Positions 9,009 through 18,731 of a stretch of 64,000 bases of DNA are shown here, one piece after another (the first letter of the stretch is position 1; each line of letters begins with the position of its first letter). The stretch spans positions 42,475 through 106,474 of the forward strand of contig CAYIOJ010000001.1 in assembly GCA_964365025.1 (NCBI GenBank). The letters run 5' to 3'. The notes below the pieces were generated by a model. It saw nothing but the letters and a program-made list of their open reading frames with translations. It ran no database searches and was not told where the DNA came from. This stretch comes from an uncultured Gammaproteobacteria bacterium. Lineage in GTDB: Bacteria > Patescibacteriota > Patescibacteriia > Magasanikbacterales > UBA10003. The position numbers were made by a program, and so were the translations under genes.

Positions 9009-10670
9009 TTATTTCAACGAAACCAAAACAAATTGATTAACTAAATTTCTCCAAAATACGGATTCTTTTAAAATTTTTTCGTATTTTATTTTGTATTCAC
9101 GATATTTCTCATCTAAATTCATTGTCAAGCAACATTTGGCTGCAAAATAATAAGCAAACGCGTGGTCATTCTTTACTCTTATTGTGTTTTCAAATCCTTT
9201 CAGCGCCACAGCATAATTTCCTAACTTAAAATCATTGTTCTCTACAAAATTGAGTTCAAGATTCAAAAAATAAGCTTTTTCTTGTATATATTCTGGTGTA
9301 AAATCTTCGGTTTCCACAATTGCCCTCTTAAAATCACAATTAATATAATCACCCTTAATATAATTATTTTTTAGGCAAACATCAAGCATTTCGCTACCAA
9401 CAAGAGGAGTGGCCATACTAATTCTAAACCATGATCCATTGAGAGTTTTTAAAAATGAACGCGCGTCTTCTATATCCTGTTTTGTTTCACCGGGCAATCC
9501 TATAAGTATCGACACATCAGAAACTATTCCCAATTGACGACAATCATCAACTACGCGTTTTACAATTGAAAGATTGAGCGGTTTATGCATAATTTCTTTT
9601 AAAACTCTATTACTGCCTGACTCTACTGACAAAACAAGATTATTTACCCCAATACTTTTAAGAGCCTCGAGCATTTTCCTATCTAAAGCATATAGAGCCA
9701 GCGAATTCGGAAAAAAGGCCGTCAAACGCAAATTTTTTATTATATCAAAAATTTCATAAACTCTTTTTTTGTCAGCCATTAAATGATCATCAAAAAAAAT
9801 CAATGTCTCTGCGCCATATTTATCTTTCAACCGCTTAAAATCCTCTTTGACGCGTTTCATACTATAATAACGCATTTTTCTTCCATGTACAGTGTATGAA
9901 GAACAGAAACTGCAACGATGAGGGCACCCTCTAGAGATCATAACCGACATCCCTTTTCTTTTTCTTTCTTCTTCAAGTGGAAAAAGTGAAAGTATGGGAT
10001 TTATACCGTAATCCTTTATGTTCAGAATATCGTAATCTAAAAACGGTATCTCATCTAGGTCTTGAACAAAATCATGTTCAAAAGATTGTTTATTTTTTAT
10101 TTTCTTATTTGTGATCCAAGATAAATTATTTTCTAAAAAATAAACTTTATCTTCTGCCATCATTAATCCTAAAAACGGTTTTTCTCCCTCACCATAACAA
10201 AGAGCGTCAAAGCAATAACTCTCTTTAAAAATCTGATTAAACATGTTGGTTGGAATTCCTCCTCCAGCTACTATCAAAGCGCTGGGAAATAAGTCACGCA
10301 CAGCCTGTCCTAAATCAATCATATTGTGATACGCCGGCGCAAATAATGTCGATATACCCACTACGGTTGGTTTAAAATCGATCCACTCTTTTTTAGAAAA
10401 AAAATCGTAAAACAATTCTATAAAAGAACCGAAACTAAAATCTACCATCTTATTTAAAACGACATTAAAATCAATAAATTTTATCTCTATTGAATTTATA
10501 TTTTTTTTTAAATAGGAGCTTATGGATAAAATACCTAAAGGCATTTCGGTCACCAAACTGCCGAAACTCCCATTTTTTTTAAACACCACACGCTCATTAA
10601 AATCTGGTTTTACAAAACTTGTATAAGTTATGTACGGTGGTACTATAAACAATAAACGGTCCGTTATCAT
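9009..10670 (-). CDS. Cobalamin (B12)-binding radical SAM enzyme (class B, putative C-methyltransferase).
   Basis: N-terminal B12-binding-like Rossmann region, then MISRGCPHRCSFCSS (Cx3Cx2C); 553 aa. Confidence 0.65.
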   Translation of the reverse strand: MITDRLLFIVPPYITYTSFVKPDFNERVVFKKNGSFGSLVTEMPLGILSISSYLKKNINSIEIKFIDFNVVLNKMVDFSFGSFIELFYDFFSKKEWIDFKPTVVGISTLFAPAYHNMIDLGQAVRDLFPSALIVAGGGIPTNMFNQIFKESYCFDALCYGEGEKPFLGLMMAEDKVYFLENNLSWITNKKIKNKQSFEHDFVQDLDEIPFLDYDILNIKDYGINPILSLFPLEEERKRKGMSVMISRGCPHRCSFCSSYTVHGRKMRYYSMKRVKEDFKRLKDKYGAETLIFFDDHLMADKKRVYEIFDIIKNLRLTAFFPNSLALYALDRKMLEALKSIGVNNLVLSVESGSNRVLKEIMHKPLNLSIVKRVVDDCRQLGIVSDVSILIGLPGETKQDIEDARSFLKTLNGSWFRISMATPLVGSEMLDVCLKNNYIKGDYINCDFKRAIVETEDFTPEYIQEKAYFLNLELNFVENNDFKLGNYAVALKGFENTIRVKNDHAFAYYFAAKCCLTMNLDEKYREYKIKYEKILKESVFWRNLVNQFVLVSLK

Positions 10671-11764
10671 AAAAATAATCTCTGGTCTTTATTAAACGGC
10701 TTTTGTGTTTTATCTTCATCGGTAAAGACTTCCGAGCATGGCACAGGCAATGATTTGCCATATATTCTTCCGGCGACATACTTTTTAATAAAATCCCGAT
10801 CTTCCGCTATCGTGCAGGTGTCAACATATTCGCCGAAATATTTAATACCAAACCCTCTTTTAATTATATCCTTCAATGGCTCCTTTAAAATATTACCAAC
10901 CGATGTATGAATATATGGACAAGGGAGTACATCTCCATATTGCGTTACGGAAAACATCCCTTTGAGCGCGATGCAACCTATATTAAGTCCGTAAGCGGGA
11001 GTCAAATGAGTAAAGACCTTGTACTTTTTTTCCAATTCCTCCATGTAGGTCATGTCTTTTTTATCAACCAGACCTTCATAATTACCTTCCCACGCGCCGA
11101 CTGGTTTGGCATAGCTTACAAACACACCAATTCCTTTATTAGTAAAATATTCTAAATATTTAATAAACTCTTCCGAATACAGTCGCTCTTTCCAAACAAC
11201 AGTCTGCATAAAAATATCCAACCCGACTTTTCCGACCGCGTCAACGGCTCTCATAACCCTTTCATGCGCACCTTTGGCATGTCTAAATTTATCGTGTTCC
11301 TCGGCGTCTAAACTATCTAAACTTACCTGCACACGGTCAATACCAATGCTTTTTAAATGTTTTGCCCGATTTTCATCCAATAACCACCCATTTGAATCGC
11401 AATTTATATAAAATTTTTGCGGATCAATCGCCGCGACCAATTCGTCAAAATCTTTAAAAACCAATGGTTCGCCTCCGGTTATCGTTACGCGCGCCAACCC
11501 CAATTCGTCTGCTTGTCTGAAAAGTTCTTTTACATCAGGAATGGTCATCTGTGGAGCGTCATTTCTACCTTGAAACTTCTTGATTGAGCAGTGTTCGCAG
11601 GCAAAATTGCAGGTATAATTATACTGAAATTGAATAATGGCAATGCTTTCTCCCCTTTTAATTTTCTCGTTAAATTTCATTATTTTCTTGTAAACAAGGG
11701 GTTTTTCTTCTTTGAGTTTGTTCCTATTTTTGATTTCAGCAAATTTCAACGATTCATTTATCAT
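10667..11764 (-). CDS. Radical SAM enzyme (sugar-modifying type; twitch/SPASM-like C-terminus).
   Basis: FQYNYTCNFACEHCS (Cx3Cx2C), GGEPL glycine-rich SAM motif, C-terminal cysteines LPCPYIH...YVDTC. Confidence 0.6.
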   Translation of the reverse strand: MINESLKFAEIKNRNKLKEEKPLVYKKIMKFNEKIKRGESIAIIQFQYNYTCNFACEHCSIKKFQGRNDAPQMTIPDVKELFRQADELGLARVTITGGEPLVFKDFDELVAAIDPQKFYINCDSNGWLLDENRAKHLKSIGIDRVQVSLDSLDAEEHDKFRHAKGAHERVMRAVDAVGKVGLDIFMQTVVWKERLYSEEFIKYLEYFTNKGIGVFVSYAKPVGAWEGNYEGLVDKKDMTYMEELEKKYKVFTHLTPAYGLNIGCIALKGMFSVTQYGDVLPCPYIHTSVGNILKEPLKDIIKRGFGIKYFGEYVDTCTIAEDRDFIKKYVAGRIYGKSLPVPCSEVFTDEDKTQKPFNKDQRLFL

Positions 11765-11792
11765 AACAAGAATCCTCTAAATAAAAATTGTT

Positions 11793-12749
11793 TTAATTTT
11801 TAAAATATTCTTTATACCAAAGATATGTTTCCGCAATTCCATCTTCAAAACTTATTATCGGCACCCAATTTAATTTTTCTTTCGCCTTGGACCAGTCAAG
11901 ATACTGTGCCGGTATTTCATTTTTAGCGATATTCAGGACATTATATTTGATTGTCTGTCCCAAAATTTTTTCTATTCTGTTTATAACATCTATAACGCTA
12001 TAGATGTTCGTACTACCGAAGTTAAAAGCTTCTCCAGCCGCTATTTCTATGTTTTGAGCCAATTTTATACAACCATCAATTATGTCTTTAACATAAACAT
12101 ATTCTCTGACCATTTTTCCATCGCTTCTTACCGCCAGTTCAGCGTCTTTTATTGCCGCTTCTAATGCTCCCGGAATAATTCTGGAAAAATTAAAATCCCT
12201 GGGACCATAAACATTGCTGAATCTCGTTATAACGACTGGCAGGCCATAAGTTGAAAAAAATGCTTGGGCTATCAAATCGGCGGCCGATTTTGATACATCA
12301 TAAGGATGACTGCCTTTCAACGGAAAAAATTCTTTATAAGGCAATTCCTTCGTTCTACCGTATGCCTTATCGGAAGAAATAACAACGACAAATTTTAAAT
12401 CTCCTTTTTGTCTACATGCTTCCAATACATTTACCGTGCCCATGATATTTGTTTCCAGAGTTTCAACGGGATTTTCATAGGCCTTTTCAACAATTGGCTG
12501 CGCGGCTAGATGGAACACGCCATCTATTTTTTCTCTCTCCAAAATTTGAAAAATATTTTTGTCTCTAACATCAGCTTTGTAAAACCTAGCTTTAAGGTTT
12601 ATATTTTCTCTTTTTCCGCTGGATAAATTGTCAATCACAACAACATTGTGGCCCCTTTCTATCAGTTCATCTACTAAATGGGAGCCGATGAAGCCGCCTC
12701 CCCCTGTCACTAAAATATTTTTCGCTTTTAGTCCGTCCATATTTTCCAA
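11793..12749 (-). CDS. NAD-dependent sugar-nucleotide epimerase/dehydratase, plausibly CDP-hexose 4,6-dehydratase or epimerase.
   Basis: VTGGGGFIGSHL Rossmann motif, ISSDKAYG (resembling the SDKxY of CDP-glucose 4,6-dehydratases) and a YDVSK catalytic YxxxK. It lies next to rfbF. Confidence 0.5.
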   Translation of the reverse strand: MENMDGLKAKNILVTGGGGFIGSHLVDELIERGHNVVVIDNLSSGKRENINLKARFYKADVRDKNIFQILEREKIDGVFHLAAQPIVEKAYENPVETLETNIMGTVNVLEACRQKGDLKFVVVISSDKAYGRTKELPYKEFFPLKGSHPYDVSKSAADLIAQAFFSTYGLPVVITRFSNVYGPRDFNFSRIIPGALEAAIKDAELAVRSDGKMVREYVYVKDIIDGCIKLAQNIEIAAGEAFNFGSTNIYSVIDVINRIEKILGQTIKYNVLNIAKNEIPAQYLDWSKAKEKLNWVPIISFEDGIAETYLWYKEYFKN

Positions 12750-13519
12750 AAAGGATCATTTGTCCAATGTTCGTTCATCTCTTCCGCTTCTTTATGAGTA
12801 TCCATGCACTTCCATTTTCCTGGATGGCAATAAACGGAAAGCTGTCCTTTTTCCGCTAAAAGAGGAAACACGGCTTCAATCATGCCGCCCGGCGGTATCA
12901 GATTCAACACATCGCGATTAAAAACCATAAATCCGCCATTGATAAAATCTCTAGATAAATCATCTTTCATGCCCTGAGTTACTTTGTGCTGAAAAAAATC
13001 TTTAACTTTCTTGGCATCATGGTCAATATTTAAAAAACCAAACCGCGAGGCCGGTCGAACTCCCGTGACTGTCGCCAAAGCGTTTTGCGCCCGATGAAAA
13101 TCAACCAACTCTTTTATGTTTATATTACCCACACCATCTCCATAAGTCACCATAAAATCGTCACCGTCAATATATTTTGCTAATCGCCTGACACGTTCTC
13201 CGGTTAAAGTATCCTGGCCGGTTTCGGCAAAAGTAATCTTAAAATTGTCACACTCATCATTATGAAAAAAAATCTCATTAGATTTAGTATGGAGGGTAAA
13301 ATCGTTAATCAAGCCGCGCCAATTTAAAAAGTATTCTTTAATCATGTGACCCTTATAGCCCAAAGCCAAAACGAACTCATTGTAACCATGATGAGCATAT
13401 AATTTCATGATATGCCACAAAATCGGCTTGCTACCGACCAAAACAAGTGGTTTTGGCTTAAACTCGGTTTCCTCTTTCATTCTAGTGCCCACACCGCCGC
13501 AGAGAATGACTACTTTCAT
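12728..13519 (-). CDS. rfbF: Glucose-1-phosphate cytidylyltransferase (CDP-glucose synthase).
   Basis: MKVVILCGGVGTRMKEETEFKPKPLV...GSKPILWHIMK is the characteristic RfbF/DdhA N-terminus. The six-frame ORF runs to 13585, but MKVVILCGG at 13519 is the probable true start. Confidence 0.7.
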   Translation of the reverse strand: MKVVILCGGVGTRMKEETEFKPKPLVLVGSKPILWHIMKLYAHHGYNEFVLALGYKGHMIKEYFLNWRGLINDFTLHTKSNEIFFHNDECDNFKITFAETGQDTLTGERVRRLAKYIDGDDFMVTYGDGVGNINIKELVDFHRAQNALATVTGVRPASRFGFLNIDHDAKKVKDFFQHKVTQGMKDDLSRDFINGGFMVFNRDVLNLIPPGGMIEAVFPLLAEKGQLSVYCHPGKWKCMDTHKEAEEMNEHWTNDPFWKIWTD

Positions 13520-13556
13520 AAGCTCAAATATTAATGTCTTTTGAGATAAAATTGTA

Positions 13557-15350
13557 TCAAAAATCTTTAATTTTGTAAATATCAAAATTCATATCGGAAT
13601 AAACTCGCTTCATCCCAATTTTTTCCGGCTGCGCGCCGCTGTTTATCCGGCGATCTTTAACATAATAAGATACTTTATACTTTGTTAGGTAAGAACCAAT
13701 ATTTGGAACGATTTCCTTTGCGTACTTATCGTATAAATCCGTAAAATATTTTTCACCCTTTAGAGTAATCGGGTCTGTTTTTTCTCCACAATTTGCGCCA
13801 AACAAATTTAGACGGAAAAATTTACACAACACCACTTTGCGATTATAAATCTTAGCCGGATGAATTGCATTTCCTGAGCCCGCATATAATGCAAAATCTT
13901 TTTTAATATCATCTAAACTTAGTTGATTAAAATAGTTAGACACTAAATATCTTTCCTCTATCTCTTGCGATGGCACAAGCTGAAACAAGCCACCACCCAA
14001 GATGTAGTGTTTGGTTAACGTGGGAATATAGGCATTGGTCAACGAATCTGGTTCAGCCCAAACAACAACTGATTTGCTTTCCTCATTTTCTAGCCAACTT
14101 AAGGGTTCGTTCATTTTTTGATTATCAACAATATGTTGCCAAAGTCGCTGTCTGTTAAAAAAAGAATAAAGATAACCCTTGTAGTAAGAAACTAGGCCGA
14201 ACAAATATGTAAGACACAAAACAAAAATGATTATTTTTTTATATGAACAAAAAAGTTTAAATTGTGCCGCGCTATCTTTAATTAAAGACAAAAAAACAAT
14301 AAAAGCAAGCGGCATCCAAACTAAAATAAACCGCACAATGTGCTGGGCTAACTCTAAGTCTTTCCCGGTTATAACGTTGCTTGCGGAAACAATTATAAGC
14401 GAAAAACCGTTAATAACAAAAAAGATCATCAACAATCTATACATTTGATTCTCCCTTATTTTTTTGATCCAACAAAAAACAAAAAAACACAGCAGCATCA
14501 TAAGAACCACCCAACGGCCGGAATAAAATACCTCGGCGGTTGGCAAACGAGTTGAGACAAGACCAATTCTTTGCATGGTGTCCCAATAATATGGGTGGAT
14601 AATCTGTAAATACGTAAATATGAAAAGCGGCAACGAAAAAATAGTTGTCAAGCCCAATATTTTTATCAAACCAACAGTCATTTCTTTTTTCTTTGTTACC
14701 AGCCAAAACAAAAAAGCCAGCCCCAAAGCTGTGACAACAACCTGCCACAAATAAGTGTAAACGTAAAACGAAAGAGTTGATGACAATATCAATAGAACCG
14801 TCCTTTTTTTATTCTTATGGTCTTTTATCCAAAATAAAAATGAAAAAAGAAAAAATAAATAAAATGGAAAAATCGTTTGCATTGAAACCGTGGCCGTCAT
14901 TAAATAAAATACCTGAAAAAAAGTCAGCTCCGCGCCAAAGACACTTAGCCATTTTGACACACCGGCTTGTTGCAAAATACCATAAGCTAGAAAAACAAAT
15001 AACAAGGACCAGAGCATGTCATTGACAATCGTACCCCACTCCAAAAACAATCCCAATAACATCGGAATGGCGGCTAACCAATCGGCAAAAAAGAAAGCGG
15101 GCGGCAATTCATTGTTATATTCTATTAAAAATGGATTGCCAATAAACGGATGGCCGTCTAAAATCTCTCTTATCCGCGGCTCATAATATTTCCAGTCCCC
15201 ATGCACCGCACCGGTTATAGTAGCCGGACCAATCCATTTGAAATCCTTCGCGAAAAAAAGATTTATGACGGGCAAAGAAAGTAAAAAAATGGTTGCGGCC
15301 GCAAGCAATAATAAATGTTTATAACGAAATAAAATTTTTACCAATATCAT
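13557..15350 (-). CDS. Large polytopic membrane protein (>12 TM) with a C-terminal soluble domain; putative GT-C-type glycosyltransferase.
   Basis: 597 aa. The N-terminal 400 aa are almost entirely hydrophobic helices; the C-terminal 170 aa are soluble. It is adjacent to a DPM1-like GT2. Confidence 0.35.
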   Translation of the reverse strand: MILVKILFRYKHLLLLAAATIFLLSLPVINLFFAKDFKWIGPATITGAVHGDWKYYEPRIREILDGHPFIGNPFLIEYNNELPPAFFFADWLAAIPMLLGLFLEWGTIVNDMLWSLLFVFLAYGILQQAGVSKWLSVFGAELTFFQVFYLMTATVSMQTIFPFYLFFLFSFLFWIKDHKNKKRTVLLILSSTLSFYVYTYLWQVVVTALGLAFLFWLVTKKKEMTVGLIKILGLTTIFSLPLFIFTYLQIIHPYYWDTMQRIGLVSTRLPTAEVFYSGRWVVLMMLLCFFVFCWIKKIRENQMYRLLMIFFVINGFSLIIVSASNVITGKDLELAQHIVRFILVWMPLAFIVFLSLIKDSAAQFKLFCSYKKIIIFVLCLTYLFGLVSYYKGYLYSFFNRQRLWQHIVDNQKMNEPLSWLENEESKSVVVWAEPDSLTNAYIPTLTKHYILGGGLFQLVPSQEIEERYLVSNYFNQLSLDDIKKDFALYAGSGNAIHPAKIYNRKVVLCKFFRLNLFGANCGEKTDPITLKGEKYFTDLYDKYAKEIVPNIGSYLTKYKVSYYVKDRRINSGAQPEKIGMKRVYSDMNFDIYKIKDF

Positions 15351-16240
15351 ACTTTTTTTGCGATTATAAACATATTGTCTCTCAAATTGACAGGAAGGCT
15401 GATTCTGCCCAAAAAATTATTTTTAAAAATTTCTGTCAACCAGCGCCAAATAAAAATTTTCTGCCAATTATATAAAGTCTGGATTATATACTGTAGAGTA
15501 AATTTTTTACCAATATGGCAAACTGATAAAATCTCAAATCCGCAACTCTCTAACATTTTTGTCAAATTATTACGATTGAAAACAAATAAGTGCTCCGGCG
15601 GAGTCAATAAATGCCAGTTTTTGCCTAAAATAAGACTAAAAACACTATTAGTATCGGGCGTGTTGATAATTAACAATCCTCCGCTTTTTAATAATTGATG
15701 GGCCGCGGCCAACTCAGCTTTTGGGTCAGAAAGATGCTCAAACACATCTAAATAAGTTAACGCGTCAAAAAAACCAGATTTTGACAAAAGATCCTTGGTC
15801 GTGCCGCAAATTACGTCTAATCCACAATCTCGAGTGTGTTTGGCGGCATAATCCGATATCTCAACGCCGCTGACTTGCCACCCGCGCCGAGAAGCCAGTT
15901 GTAAAAAGCTGCCCAGGGCCGAACCCACATCCAACAATCTGCCTTTGGTGGGTAAAATTTTTTCTACTTTGTCTAAATAAACATTAAAAGTTTTCTTCAT
16001 AGCCGCCTTATCCTTTTCATAATCAACATAACCGTAACCCAGCGCGGCTCCTTTGAAATAATCTTTAGAATAAAGCCCTCCCGTGTTTTTTGGTATTGGC
16101 CAAACAAAAATTAAACCGCATTCCTGGCATCTATATATATTATAGTTATTTTTTTTGGTAAAAAAAATAACTATATCGCTCCGGCAGATAAGGCAAGCTA
16201 TTTCTCCCATATTGTATCGATTTTTTTCTTTATTTTCCAT
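15347..16240 (-). CDS. Class I SAM-dependent methyltransferase with N-terminal zinc ribbon.
   Basis: CLICRS...CQECG followed by LLDVGSALGSFL (motif I). Confidence 0.55.
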   Translation of the reverse strand: MENKEKNRYNMGEIACLICRSDIVIFFTKKNNYNIYRCQECGLIFVWPIPKNTGGLYSKDYFKGAALGYGYVDYEKDKAAMKKTFNVYLDKVEKILPTKGRLLDVGSALGSFLQLASRRGWQVSGVEISDYAAKHTRDCGLDVICGTTKDLLSKSGFFDALTYLDVFEHLSDPKAELAAAHQLLKSGGLLIINTPDTNSVFSLILGKNWHLLTPPEHLFVFNRNNLTKMLESCGFEILSVCHIGKKFTLQYIIQTLYNWQKIFIWRWLTEIFKNNFLGRISLPVNLRDNMFIIAKKV

Positions 16241-16917
16241 GGAGCTAAAATTCCTTCCTTAATAATATGATTGGAAATCTTTGATTCGCCATTCAATCTA
16301 TTTTTAAAAATTATAGGAATTTCTTTAAATTGCGCGCCGGCTTTCCACAATAAATACTTGAGCTCTATCTGAAAGGCGTAGCCAGACATATCCATGCGTG
16401 ATAAATCAATCTTTCGCAAAAAATCGGTTTTAATTAAATTAAACCCCCCGGTACAATCAAAAATCGGCATTTTAGTAATCAGGCGAGAGTACAAATTGCC
16501 GAATTTACTCAAAAAACGACGCCAAGCTTCCCAACCAACAGTGCCTCCGTTCTTCACATAACGCGACCCCACTACTACATCAAATTTTTTTGCCACCTCC
16601 AACAACTCGGGCAAATATTTTGGGTCATGCGAAAAATCCGCATCCATCATGATGACACATTCAACCAAATTGTCTTTTAAAATTAACTGAAAGGCGTCCA
16701 AATATGCCAGGCCAAGTCCTTCTTTGCGCGGTCTTTCAAAAAGAGATAAATTAGGATATTCTGATTGCAAACTTTTCACGACCTCCGAAGTTTTGTCCGG
16801 CGAGTTGTCGTCAACCACCAAAATTTTAATCCCCGGTGCCATTTTAAAAATAGCTGAAATAATACCCCCAATATTATCTCTTTCATTGTAGGTGGGAATA
16901 ATTATCAAATTCTCCAT
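16198..16917 (-). CDS. GT2 glycosyltransferase, DPM1-like polyprenyl-phosphate sugar synthase.
   Basis: IIIPTYNERDNI...VVDDNSPDKT...DADFSHDP is the typical dolichol/undecaprenyl-P mannose/glucose synthase core. Confidence 0.65.
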   Translation of the reverse strand: MENLIIIPTYNERDNIGGIISAIFKMAPGIKILVVDDNSPDKTSEVVKSLQSEYPNLSLFERPRKEGLGLAYLDAFQLILKDNLVECVIMMDADFSHDPKYLPELLEVAKKFDVVVGSRYVKNGGTVGWEAWRRFLSKFGNLYSRLITKMPIFDCTGGFNLIKTDFLRKIDLSRMDMSGYAFQIELKYLLWKAGAQFKEIPIIFKNRLNGESKISNHIIKEGILAPWKIKKKIDTIWEK

Positions 16918-16920
16918 AAT

Positions 16921-18024
16921 TTAAATAAAATTTTTATGCATTGGTTCGTGTCCGGTGGCCGGCGCCAATTTCGCGTCATTATTCTTCAAATCCCAAAGAA
17001 ATTCGTTGACTTTATGCTGTAAGCACAACGTGCCACACATGGTGCGAGCGTCAAACTTTTCTGAAGCGATTAAATTCATCACCTCCCAATATCGTTCACC
17101 TTGCCAAAGTTCTTTAAATGATGTCTCCGCGATATTGCCAATATGATATTTTTTGTATCTTTCATTGAAAAGCATGCCGCAGGGCGCCACTAACCCCGAA
17201 CCAGACATCTGCAAAATAAAAGGCGGACCAAAACATTGCGAGTATTTTCTTTTCCCGCCGCTCATTATCTTTGACCACTTCGCTTTAACCAAATAATCTT
17301 TAGTGGAATAGCTTTCTGCTTTTTTCAGCAGTTCCGTCAATTCAAAATATTTTGAATAATCAACCCCTAAACTCCCCTCCTCATCATCGCTACAATGCTT
17401 AATAACTAAATAATCAACTCCTAATTCTTGGCCTAATTTAGCCAGCGGCATGATTTGATCCTGAAACTGCGGCATCAAAACCATTTGCAATCCAATGGTC
17501 ACTGTTAAATCCTGCTGTTTTTTAATACGCACGGCATTTTTGATATTATCGCAAACTTGATAAAACGCCTGTTCTGGACAACCGTGTATTTCCGCGTATC
17601 TCTTGGGTTTGGCGGCCGAGATATTGAATCGCAAATAAGTCAAAGCCGGCAATATTTTTGCCAAATGAATTTCATTTAATAAATAACCATTGGTACCTAA
17701 AGCCATATCCAAACCATTAGCGCGACCCTGAACGATCGCGTCATATAAATATGGCGAACAAGTGCTTTCTCCGTCACTCACAAAACTAACGGCTTTCACG
17801 CCGATATCGGCGGCATCGTCCAAAAATTTAAACACTACTTCTTTGGTCATTCTTTTTATGTCATTAGCTTGAAGTTGGCCATAACAATAAACACAATGAT
17901 AATTGCAGGCGCGAGTTAGAGCGCAGTCAATAGTAATCGGGGCAATTCGCTCGCCACGCAACCATGCCTCTACGCGATCCTTGTGCCAATTCAATTTGTG
18001 ACCATCAAGAATGATTTCACTCAT
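16921..18024 (-). CDS. Radical SAM enzyme (paralog of 20762..21856).
   Basis: ALTRACNYHCVYCYG (Cx3Cx2C). C-terminal cysteines CGMLF...CGTLCLQHK and the shared C-terminal tail ...NFI match the paralog. Confidence 0.6.
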   Translation of the reverse strand: MSEIILDGHKLNWHKDRVEAWLRGERIAPITIDCALTRACNYHCVYCYGQLQANDIKRMTKEVVFKFLDDAADIGVKAVSFVSDGESTCSPYLYDAIVQGRANGLDMALGTNGYLLNEIHLAKILPALTYLRFNISAAKPKRYAEIHGCPEQAFYQVCDNIKNAVRIKKQQDLTVTIGLQMVLMPQFQDQIMPLAKLGQELGVDYLVIKHCSDDEEGSLGVDYSKYFELTELLKKAESYSTKDYLVKAKWSKIMSGGKRKYSQCFGPPFILQMSGSGLVAPCGMLFNERYKKYHIGNIAETSFKELWQGERYWEVMNLIASEKFDARTMCGTLCLQHKVNEFLWDLKNNDAKLAPATGHEPMHKNFI

Positions 18025-18725
18025 AAAATTTTATGACGAAGATAAATATCCGTGAATAAATCCAAAATTGTCAGTAAAACATAATAAACATTTTTCAATT
18101 TTAAAGCCCGTGATTGGCGTTGGGGCGGCTTAATTATCATTTCAATTTCTTTATAATGATAACCGGCTTTAATCAAACGCACCAAAATCGCCGACATATA
18201 AGCAAAATTGCTGGCAATGGGCGCCTTTTTGAGTAAATCGGTTTTAATTAAAGAGGGGCCGTTAAAATATCTCAAATTTAAGCCGAATAAAAAATTCAAA
18301 AAGTTGGTATAAATCGCGGAAATAAAACGACGAGACCAACTTCTAATTTTTTTATTAACAGTATAAGTAGTGACAATTTCGGCTGAACCTAAGGCCTTAA
18401 AAAGATTTTTAATGGTGCGCGAATCGGTTTCGTCGTCTCCGGGTAACATAACTGCATATTCCCCCCGCGCCATAGCCACGCCTTCACGAAAACAGCCGCC
18501 CAAATTTTGCGGTAGAGCATGATGGATAACTCGAATACGCGAACTAGACGACGCCAAAGCATCGGCGATTTCTCCGGTTTGGTCGGTGCTGCCGTCGTTA
18601 AAAATCAAAATTTCATAATCATTTCTTCCTGATAAGGCAGTCGAGATATTTCTCACGGCGCTGGCAATATTTTTTTCCTCATTCAAGGCCGGAACAATGA
18701 TTGATATATTAATATTCTCTTCCAT
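18021..18725 (-). CDS. GT2 family glycosyltransferase.
   Basis: ISIIVPALNEEKNI...IFNDGSTDQT...GDDETD (DxD-like). Confidence 0.6.
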   Translation of the reverse strand: MEENINISIIVPALNEEKNIASAVRNISTALSGRNDYEILIFNDGSTDQTGEIADALASSSSRIRVIHHALPQNLGGCFREGVAMARGEYAVMLPGDDETDSRTIKNLFKALGSAEIVTTYTVNKKIRSWSRRFISAIYTNFLNFLFGLNLRYFNGPSLIKTDLLKKAPIASNFAYMSAILVRLIKAGYHYKEIEMIIKPPQRQSRALKLKNVYYVLLTILDLFTDIYLRHKIL

Positions 18726-18731
18726 AAAATG

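Noticed and set aside
13520-13585. N-terminal 22-aa extension of rfbF (ORF called to 13585), overlapping the upstream membrane-protein gene.
   Set aside because: The conserved RfbF N-terminus begins at MKVVILCGG, so the start at 13519 was chosen. Similar trimming was applied at 40601, 46329 and 48274.
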